Shown here one piece after another: positions 56,633 through 64,000 of a stretch of DNA of 64,000 nucleotides. The DNA is from an uncultured Gammaproteobacteria bacterium (GTDB taxonomy: Bacteria > Patescibacteriota > Microgenomatia > Levybacterales > GWA1-39-11), in NCBI GenBank assembly GCA_964425075.1, contig CAYRKM010000001.1, forward strand, positions 18,756 through 82,755. The letters are read 5' to 3'. Every line of letters begins with the position of its first letter. Within the stretch, counting starts at the first letter, position 1. The notes under the pieces were generated by a model. It saw nothing but the letters and a program-made list of their open reading frames with translations, did not search any database and was not told the origin of the DNA. Made by a program: the position numbers and the translations under genes.

Positions 56633-57634
56633 TTAGTTTAACTGCTTTGATGACTTATTCTCCAATGCGTCATAAATCCTTGAGGATATTTGAGCAATTA
56701 CTCTCTCGAGGCTTACAAAACTATTTCCCCTCGTCATGATACATACCAGATATGGGTTTCCCTTCCTATAGACAATCCCACAATCATGCAATTGCTTTAC
56801 GCCATTCTGAAGTTCTCTCTCTCCAAATTTATGACTTACAACAATTGAGTGAGGAATGCCAGCAACAATTCCATTTTTAAATTCAGTTTTTGATAGAATT
56901 TCCAGAGCTTTTTCTGAAAGATCTTTCTTTAGATATGAAGCGTTATAAAGAATTCTAAAGAGGCCGGAATAACCCTTGACGCTCATAAAATCCTCAGGGG
57001 TATTAGCTGTAGCCGTTTCTACTCCCAAATCAAGAGTAATCCTATCAATTAAGGCAGGTTCTATATTTTCCTCCAGCAAAGACAATGCAGCATTATCAGA
57101 ATAAACCATCATGCTCTCAATCAACTCATCTATCGTATACTCTTTTCCTATCTTAATTGATTGAGTGGGCTTTACTGCCTGTTCAAGAAGTATTTCTTTA
57201 GAATCATATTTGACTTTTTTACTTAAAAGATCAGGCGCTGACTCCGATTTTTTATAATAGGCCATCATAACCGGAAGTTTTAAAAGACTTGCTGGGGAAA
57301 AAGGCGCATGTTCATTTACTCCTATCCAGGGACCATTATTTAAATCTCTGAAATAGACAGAAGCATCATTTATATTTCCTGCTTTTTTCTGACTCTCAAC
57401 ATAATCAGCAATGTCTTTTTGCAAAGAGTTAAGACCCGTTAGTCGGATTGAATCCATTGAAGGTTCGCATTCAAGCAATGGACTTATAAATTTGTATCCT
57501 GATTCCCTTACCTCGGAGAATTTATCCTCATCGGAAGAATTCTCTGAAGTATTTTTTGAAGACAGGACGAAACTACCAAAAAATAATCCCAAAGCAAAGG
57601 CAATAAAAACAAAAACTATCGCTTTCCTACTCAT
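56633..57634 (-). CDS. serine hydrolase of the class A beta-lactamase / penicillin-binding fold (tentative)
   Basis: 333 aa; signal/TM; SxxK (SPASLLKLP), SDN (YSDNAA) and KxG-like (HKFGE) motifs in canonical order. Confidence 0.5.
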   Translation of the reverse strand: MSRKAIVFVFIAFALGLFFGSFVLSSKNTSENSSDEDKFSEVRESGYKFISPLLECEPSMDSIRLTGLNSLQKDIADYVESQKKAGNINDASVYFRDLNNGPWIGVNEHAPFSPASLLKLPVMMAYYKKSESAPDLLSKKVKYDSKEILLEQAVKPTQSIKIGKEYTIDELIESMMVYSDNAALSLLEENIEPALIDRITLDLGVETATANTPEDFMSVKGYSGLFRILYNASYLKKDLSEKALEILSKTEFKNGIVAGIPHSIVVSHKFGERELQNGVKQLHDCGIVYRKGNPYLVCIMTRGNSFVSLERVIAQISSRIYDALENKSSKQLN

Positions 57635-58196
57635 CTGATTTAAGTTTAATATAGTTAACTAAAAATAATTTGTCAATATAAATCAGATCAAAACAAAAAT
57701 ATAAGGAGCTCTATTCAACTCCACTCTCTTATATTAATTTTAACATCAAGAAATCGGCAAGCTTCTAAATGAACGAAAAATTTAGTTAAGAAGCTCTGAA
57801 GAACTTACTCCCTTTTTATGAAAAACATAAAAAGTAGTAATGCTCTCGTCTATTCCGATTTTTTCTTGCTTATGGTAGTCAATTATGTCATACCCGACAT
57901 TTACTGCTACCATTTTTGCTAGGTCATTTTCTGGGCAGTCTTTCATAAACCAGTTGTTAGTTATTAGTTACTAGGTATTAGTTGCAAGCATTAAGAAATT
58001 TGTAGATATTTGAGGATTAAGAAGATGTAGATGTAAATTAGCGATTCCTTTATCTTCCTAATTGCTTGCTACTTGCTACTAGCTACTTAATATTAACTAA
58101 TTGGCGTATGATGCTGACAGAAAATACACAAACAGCTTTAACTGTTTTCTCATTTTTTTAAAAGTTTTTTGCGCCATACAAATTCACCTCCTTCCT

Positions 58197-61100
58197 TTAA
58201 TTAACTATCAAATAATTAAATTCAACGTTTTTCTCAGCATTAACCTCAATACCAACAGTGAATGATCCATCAATTTCTTTTTCAGGATCCTCCTGTTTTT
58301 GCTCCAGTAAATATAATTGATGAGAGGATTGAGTTTTGGGGGTTATAAAAATAAGAGATGTATCTTTAACTAGCTTATTTAGAACTTTTATATGATCTGT
58401 ATTCTTCTTAAGAGTTATAAGTCCTGCAGCAGCTGTTGACTCAACTTCGGTATCACTAAGTACTTTTACTTTACCTTGCGCAAGTAGTAATTGACTACTT
58501 TGCACTGATTGGGCGCTAAATATACCTTTGACCGCAACGTTCTTCTCAAAACTTACATTCTCCCTAAAAACTGCCTCACCGTTGGCCATGAAGGTTATTG
58601 CATTACCCAAAAATGAAATATTCCCTTGTTTCAATGGTTGGATTTCCAAGTCTTGAAGCGCGTTAATTGCACCATTTCCAATTGTCAAATTGTTACCAAC
58701 AGTAATGCTATCCATCACTGAAACTTCACTTATAGTGGTCGTTCCGAATACAACTAAATTGTCGGCAATAGAGACAGCCCCTGAACCACTTGCGAACTGA
58801 CTCATTGATAAGAGGTTAAGAGCCTCCATTTTCTCAAGACGTGTAGAAAGAGCCTTCATGCTACTTGTTAGCTCCTCTAAATTGGCTGCTGCTTTACTCA
58901 TCTGCGATGAGAATTGACTTACTGCAGAACCTGAAGCTGATTGTGTCAAAAGGTCAATTTTGTTGGTTAATATTTCAAGCCCTTCAATTGACTCCGCCTT
59001 TATCTTTTTCGCAACTAATAGATCCGTTATTATCTTTGGACTGATTACCTCCTGGGTAGCAGCTATGCTATCAGTAAAAATACCCTGATTATTATTTTTC
59101 TGGGTTTTAAGGAATGCAAGTATTTCCTGCTGACGCCTATCATCTGATCCTAATTCAAAATTAAGCCCTGCAATATTTGGAAGAGAAGCTTCATCAATAG
59201 CAAATCCCTGCTCTGCCATGGCAATATCTACTGACTGGCCGTTGTAATCTACAAGATTTGCAAAAAGCATAACCTCTCCACACTTTGTATCAGGAAGTGA
59301 ACCAAGATTTATTTTTGGACATTCTGTTGCATACTCTTCATTGAAATCCTCCAAAGCCTTACCCAGAACTCTTCCACCAACTGTAGCCTTCATTGCATAC
59401 CCTGGGATGGAAGACGAGGTTAGATAGTCCCCTGCATGAACAGGTCCATTTTCATTGGTTACCTTAACTGGTACACGTCCCACCAATGCAATTGGATGAG
59501 AATCCTCAGTATATGCACCCGCTACAAAACCTGGCTTTGTTGATACAACTCCTAAAGCATCCTTTTGATATTGACCAGTTGTCTTCTTTACATTATGGTC
59601 ACCTTGTGAAGAATCTATCTGAACAACTTCACCTGGAAGCAACGTCTCAACTGAGGAATAATTTTCAGCCAAGTCAGCTCCACTTGTAAAGAATCCACCT
59701 TGCTGACCTGCGTATATATTTCCTGACTCATTAACTCTAAAAACTGTTTGGCCACCGCTTTGAAGCTTTAAAAGATCGGCATCATTGGTAATTTTATATT
59801 CAAATAACGTTGGCTGAGCTATAGTTCTCCAAGCAAGAGCACCATTCGAGCGCCAGACATCCTGATTAACATCACTGTACGTAGGAAAGTCCCTTGAGAA
59901 ATTTATTTGAACCTGGAGCCACTTATCAGTTGCAGCTGCCCCTAAATTCCCATCTGAAGGATAAACAGATTTATAGTCTGCTGTAAGAAGTGAGTCCTTA
60001 TCTGCAGCAGTCCTGACCTCAATATTAAGATGCTTATCAGCATTTTGTTTCCACGTCATAACAGAGCTTGTGCTTAACTGTGGAACATACATTTGACCTG
60101 AAAGATATTGCCCATCTGCAAAATAACCTGTATCAATAAGACTTACGTTATTGTTACCAGCCATTCCTCCATTTATCATTACCCACTTACCGTCTGGTCG
60201 CTGGAAAGCTACTGCTCCCGCTCCCTGAGGACTTACAAGCTGGGGTCCTGCACCAACTGCCAAGCCTCCTGAATATCCCAAAACCTGTGATCCTCCATAA
60301 GGAGACCAGATGCTTGAGGCATTAGCTGTATTTGCAGCCATATCAATAGTCTGGGTTTGACCACGTGTTATTAACCAAGTTCCGTCTGCTCTTGGTATTG
60401 CAACGCTTCCTCTACCGGCAGCATTTGTCATTGCGGTACCCGCTGCGAATGAATTGGTATATGGATTATAAACAGTCAGCGTAGCTGCTGGAGCTCCATT
60501 TGTACCAGCTGCACCTGCTACCACCATCCAAGCACCATCTTGACGTTGAAATACGTAAGAACCACATCCAAAGGCAACACCTGTGTTTGCAGCTGCCTGG
60601 AATAATTTTTTATTAGCATCATAAACCATCGATGTCTGAACACCTGTTGTAAACTGTCCGACTCCAATAAATACCCTATAAAGACCCTGATTTCCCCCAG
60701 CCATAGGTACAGCCCAAGCACCACAAGTAATATTACTTGAAGATGTTGGTCCTGCTGCAAGCGCAGTTGTGCCTTGCTGTAAATCTTTATACGGGTTAAA
60801 GAGTGTCGTAGTGGCAGCAGCCCCACCATGAACCAATGTGTATGTGCCATCCGTATTTTTGATAGGAAATCCTCCACGTCCTGAATTTGCTGAAAGCGCC
60901 GGTCCTGCTGCAAACCTAGAACCTGAAGCTGCTCTTGGATCATAAATATTTGTAGTTGTCCTTCCTGTTCCTCCTGCATCCTCACCAAATACTATTAAAA
61001 ATCTCCCATCAGGCAATTTAAGCGCATATGACCCCCACCCAGGGTATGTTGTAGGTACATCTCCTCCACCTGACTGAAGACTAAAGGTTGAAGACGCAGG

Positions 61101-63947
61101 ATCATAAATTGAAAAATTAACTGAAGCCGAAGCTGTTGCTATAACTCCAACTTGCCCATCAGGAAGCTGCATTACAACTGTTCCTTCCCCAGTATTTACA
61201 AGGGTTGTTGGATGTGGACCAATAAGTCCCTGATAAAATCCAGTTGTACTTACCATTGCATCTCCAGGCACCTGACCTACTGGTAAAGTAAGCCTATCGG
61301 GTAAATTCTGAACTCTAGTCAAAGCTGAGGCAGATGCCTCATAAGGTGCTCCGCTAAGTGCAGAATTTGCAAAATTATCAGCATTTCTCGTAAGGACACT
61401 AGAATTATCCAAAGTGTAATCGAACAATGTTGGGCTTGCAAAATCTTTAATCAGTAAAGGCCCATTTGCAAAATAGGTAAACCTTTCATCAATTGGATTT
61501 TGAGGGATAGGCCGCCTGAATCTTACTGTAACTCGTGCCCATGTATCAGAACTTGAGGCATTTACAAGATCTCCACTCCTTTGAATTGGCTTATCAATTG
61601 CACTTGAAAGACCACCCTGTGAGGTAGCAGTTTTAACAAAAAACTCAACATTTGACTGAGGTGTATCGGTAGTGGCACTAGAACTTCCCACAAATATATT
61701 TTCTGCTCCAATCGTCCACAATAGACTTGATGAAGGATTAAGTGAGGCTGTGTTAAAGTCTTCAGAAACATAAGACCCGCTCATGTTAAGGCCTGCGTCT
61801 ATCTTATTGGTAGTTGTTGCATTTCCTACGAAAACTTGAAAAGTACCATCATAATTCATTACTGTATGTGCGCCAATTCCAATAGCGGTAAGGTTTGTCC
61901 CATGCGTAGTATATGTATTGAGAGTTGGATTATATATATATGAAGCAGTCGAATTTCCTCCTACCATAATGAGTATCTTTCTATCCTGATATCTTATTGC
62001 ATGTGCTCCCTGACCCAATGCTGTTCCGGGACCAACCGCCTGACAAGGACCCATTGTATTGGCTGCAGCATCATAGATAACAGAAACATTAGCTTTTGAA
62101 AGGATCACGTACCTCCAGTTAGGAAGCTGTATCGCAACAGAACCTGCTCCATTTATTTCACAGTTAGTAGGAAGGGCCGGACCCGATGACACCGAACCTA
62201 TTGGAGCACCATTTGTAATGGTCCCATTATTAGGGTTATATAGCTGGGTCGTTGCAGTCGATCCTCCATTTATAATAAGTGCACTTCCATCAGGGCGTGG
62301 CAAAATTTGAGCACCAAGTCCGGTGGTTGTAAGAGTTGGTCCTGCTGAAAAAGTCTCAGTAGTGGGTGAAGGATTATATACAGATGAAGCTGTAGTACCA
62401 CCAATTGCTATAAAATATCTCCCGTTTTGTCTTCTGTATGCAACTGTTGAGTCCACAGTTGGTGCAGTACCTATGGCAACTGATGCTCCTACTGCAACCA
62501 CACCATTCGGATCTACTAATGATGTTGTAGTTACTGCATTTCCGTGGACCACTCTATATCTCCCATCGCTTCTCGGTAGTGCAATCGCACCCTCTTCAGC
62601 TGCTGCATTAAGTACTTGAGGAGATGCATAAATTTGCCCCGACTTTGAATCATAGATATACATGGTAGTAGTATTTCCACCACGAATCAAAAGATATGTT
62701 CCGTTTTGCCTTAAAATTGACATTGCGCCCTGACCAAGAGCAAGCGGAACTGCAGGCTGAGAGCCTGTTGTTATTGTCCCCGTTCCTGAATTTGGAACAG
62801 TCCCAACTGATAATTCAAGCGCATTCTTTGTATTATTAAGATTTGTTAGGGTAGCATTCGTGCTATTTGCGGTCCTTTGAAAATCTGTTGAAGTTAAATT
62901 GTTACCGGAAGTTGACTTATGGATATCAATTGATCCCTGTGTATCTACTGTTATTCCAGCCGAAGCATTTATTCCACCTGCTTTTGTAACTGTAAATTTA
63001 GTAAGTCCGCTTGCTGAAGCAGTAAGAAAGTCCCCTGTTCCATTTTGATCAATCAATAGGCCTGCAAATGTGGAATTTGCAGATATTGATGCAACTGCCG
63101 TAGTTCCTGCAGAAGTTATACCAGCCAACTTAAATACTGCAGAACTACTACTTGTGCTTCCCCACAAAAAGTCAACAGTGTTATTAATTGGAGAAAGTGT
63201 CTTATTGGATGTTGAAAGAACCCAATTAGAAGAACCGCCCGGCCCACCACTATTTGCATCATCACTACATGTAAGCACCCCACCTGAAGTTGTTGTAAGC
63301 TTTCCTCCATTTCCATTTCCCGAACAGTCAAATCCAGGTAAAGTAATCCCATTTGAAGCTCTTCCAAGGGTTAGTGTGGTAGCTGTGGTCGTGCCAATCC
63401 CTAACGTACCATTCGTTAATGTATCAATTGTCTGGCTTGCTGCAAGCTTTACGGAACCATTCAAATCAAGAGTGAATTTAGTGATACCTGCAGAGGAAGC
63501 CGTAAAGATGTCTTGGTTCTCTATTTGGTCAAATATTGCCACTGCTTTTCCCGTTGCTCCAAGGGAGAGTGCCCTTGTTACATGCAATTGAGAGATAGGA
63601 GTCGTAGTACCAATACCGAATTCTCCACTTGCAAGTATCGTTGCTCTTGCTGCATTACTCGTTCTTAGATTTAGTGGACTGCTACTATTTGCTCCAATAT
63701 TTACTGTGTTGTCACCGTCATATGAGAATAGATACCCTTGAGTAGTGGCCGAATCAAATCGTAATGTTGTATAGTTACCGGTTGTTTTATACAAATGAAG
63801 AATCTCTGTGGGAGTAGCTGTTCCCATACCAATATTGCCACTTGTTCCAACATAGAGTGCCGGAGTTGAAATATTTCCGGGCTTGAATTGTATGTCTCCG
63901 GTCGTATTCCCTCCAAGGGTTAATGTGTTATTCCTGACAGACTGCAA
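58197..63947 (-). CDS. giant surface protein (over 1916 aa; N-terminus lies beyond window end), G/T/S/N/A-rich beta-repeat fibre with tail-fibre-like C-terminal module
   Basis: frame stays open from 63947 to position 64000 (listed start is a TTG); hundreds of short G/T/S/A-rich beta-strand repeats; C-terminal ...GADLAENYSSVETLLPGEVVQID...ALGVVSTKPGFVAGA resembles the intramolecular-chaperone domain of phage tail spikes/fibres. Confidence 0.7.
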   Translation of the reverse strand: MQSVRNNTLTLGGNTTGDIQFKPGNISTPALYVGTSGNIGMGTATPTEILHLYKTTGNYTTLRFDSATTQGYLFSYDGDNTVNIGANSSSPLNLRTSNAARATILASGEFGIGTTTPISQLHVTRALSLGATGKAVAIFDQIENQDIFTASSAGITKFTLDLNGSVKLAASQTIDTLTNGTLGIGTTTATTLTLGRASNGITLPGFDCSGNGNGGKLTTTSGGVLTCSDDANSGGPGGSSNWVLSTSNKTLSPINNTVDFLWGSTSSSSAVFKLAGITSAGTTAVASISANSTFAGLLIDQNGTGDFLTASASGLTKFTVTKAGGINASAGITVDTQGSIDIHKSTSGNNLTSTDFQRTANSTNATLTNLNNTKNALELSVGTVPNSGTGTITTGSQPAVPLALGQGAMSILRQNGTYLLIRGGNTTTMYIYDSKSGQIYASPQVLNAAAEEGAIALPRSDGRYRVVHGNAVTTTSLVDPNGVVAVGASVAIGTAPTVDSTVAYRRQNGRYFIAIGGTTASSVYNPSPTTETFSAGPTLTTTGLGAQILPRPDGSALIINGGSTATTQLYNPNNGTITNGAPIGSVSSGPALPTNCEINGAGSVAIQLPNWRYVILSKANVSVIYDAAANTMGPCQAVGPGTALGQGAHAIRYQDRKILIMVGGNSTASYIYNPTLNTYTTHGTNLTAIGIGAHTVMNYDGTFQVFVGNATTTNKIDAGLNMSGSYVSEDFNTASLNPSSSLLWTIGAENIFVGSSSATTDTPQSNVEFFVKTATSQGGLSSAIDKPIQRSGDLVNASSSDTWARVTVRFRRPIPQNPIDERFTYFANGPLLIKDFASPTLFDYTLDNSSVLTRNADNFANSALSGAPYEASASALTRVQNLPDRLTLPVGQVPGDAMVSTTGFYQGLIGPHPTTLVNTGEGTVVMQLPDGQVGVIATASASVNFSIYDPASSTFSLQSGGGDVPTTYPGWGSYALKLPDGRFLIVFGEDAGGTGRTTTNIYDPRAASGSRFAAGPALSANSGRGGFPIKNTDGTYTLVHGGAAATTTLFNPYKDLQQGTTALAAGPTSSSNITCGAWAVPMAGGNQGLYRVFIGVGQFTTGVQTSMVYDANKKLFQAAANTGVAFGCGSYVFQRQDGAWMVVAGAAGTNGAPAATLTVYNPYTNSFAAGTAMTNAAGRGSVAIPRADGTWLITRGQTQTIDMAANTANASSIWSPYGGSQVLGYSGGLAVGAGPQLVSPQGAGAVAFQRPDGKWVMINGGMAGNNNVSLIDTGYFADGQYLSGQMYVPQLSTSSVMTWKQNADKHLNIEVRTAADKDSLLTADYKSVYPSDGNLGAAATDKWLQVQINFSRDFPTYSDVNQDVWRSNGALAWRTIAQPTLFEYKITNDADLLKLQSGGQTVFRVNESGNIYAGQQGGFFTSGADLAENYSSVETLLPGEVVQIDSSQGDHNVKKTTGQYQKDALGVVSTKPGFVAGAYTEDSHPIALVGRVPVKVTNENGPVHAGDYLTSSSIPGYAMKATVGGRVLGKALEDFNEEYATECPKINLGSLPDTKCGEVMLFANLVDYNGQSVDIAMAEQGFAIDEASLPNIAGLNFELGSDDRRQQEILAFLKTQKNNNQGIFTDSIAATQEVISPKIITDLLVAKKIKAESIEGLEILTNKIDLLTQSASGSAVSQFSSQMSKAAANLEELTSSMKALSTRLEKMEALNLLSMSQFASGSGAVSIADNLVVFGTTTISEVSVMDSITVGNNLTIGNGAINALQDLEIQPLKQGNISFLGNAITFMANGEAVFRENVSFEKNVAVKGIFSAQSVQSSQLLLAQGKVKVLSDTEVESTAAAGLITLKKNTDHIKVLNKLVKDTSLIFITPKTQSSHQLYLLEQKQEDPEKEIDGSFTVGIEVNAEKNVEFNYLIVN

Positions 63948-64000
63948 ACTTCCATCCCCTGAAAGATATATTCCTTTAGTTGCATTTCCTCCTTGTTGTG

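Noticed and set aside
59486-63591. Small plus-strand ORFs inside the giant minus-strand gene (59486-59689, 62323-62619, 63070-63591) and minus ORFs 60518-60988, 61562-61771, 63116-63367
   Set aside because: Embedded in or antisense to a continuous 1916-aa reading frame. Their compositions are those of shifted frames.
1-64000. Alternative genetic code (UGA recoding as in Gracilibacteria/Absconditabacteria)
   Set aside because: Many long ORFs, including a 1916-aa one, are uninterrupted under the standard code. Genes terminate with TGA at sensible positions (for example truB and the island genes).

Overview
This 64-kb window is an AT-rich (about 35% GC), gene-dense bacterial chromosome segment that looks like a reduced-genome, CPR/Patescibacteria-like organism. 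Standard genetic code is assumed because long ORFs are intact.

Housekeeping genes recognised with confidence:
- Cell shape: mreC-mreD-mrdA.
- Translation and core metabolism: argS, galU, truB, ndk, era, obg, pgk, a class II aldolase, purA, rnhB, uppS.
- secE-nusG-rplK-rplA cluster, rpmG, and tRNA-Arg(CCT), tRNA-Trp(CCA), tRNA-Thr(GGT), tRNA-Tyr(GTA).
- Envelope genes: sortase, a DsbB/DsbA pair, PAP2 phosphatase, a 916-aa surface protein and a giant (more than 1916 aa) surface protein that is truncated by the window edge.

The most striking signal is six short (0.55-1.5 kb) GC-rich islands, roughly 58-62% GC, embedded in the AT-rich backbone at about 5.1, 16.5-18.1, 20.6-21.4, 33.2-34.1, 39.8-41.2 and 49.7-51.0 kb. 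Each island is a compact module with strong GGAGG-type ribosome-binding sites, palindromic operators or terminators and mostly small genes. Their contents include a zinc-ribbon protein, a tandem paralog pair separated by ~90-bp repeats, a Nudix-like hydrolase, tandem small membrane peptides, a four-gene operon of small membrane or secreted proteins, and an archaeal-type class V fructose-1,6-bisphosphate aldolase/phosphatase. Island F is bracketed by a 35-bp direct repeat that duplicates the 3' end of rpmG. Island B is bracketed by a 12-bp near-repeat overlapping the truB stop codon. Both are consistent with site-specific insertion, although a chimeric assembly cannot be excluded.

Other unusual features:
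- A tRNA-Trp gene split at anticodon position 34/35 by a 166-nt element with 18-bp imperfect inverted ends that carries a second, intact tRNA-Trp.
- A five-copy tandem array derived from the 3' end of tRNA-Tyr; it is not a CRISPR array.
- A tRNA-like fragment fused to tRNA-Arg.
- GTAG-rich intergenic hairpin repeats.
- Long N-terminal extensions on NusG and L1.
- A surface-protein locus with paralogous LytR_C-type anchored proteins.
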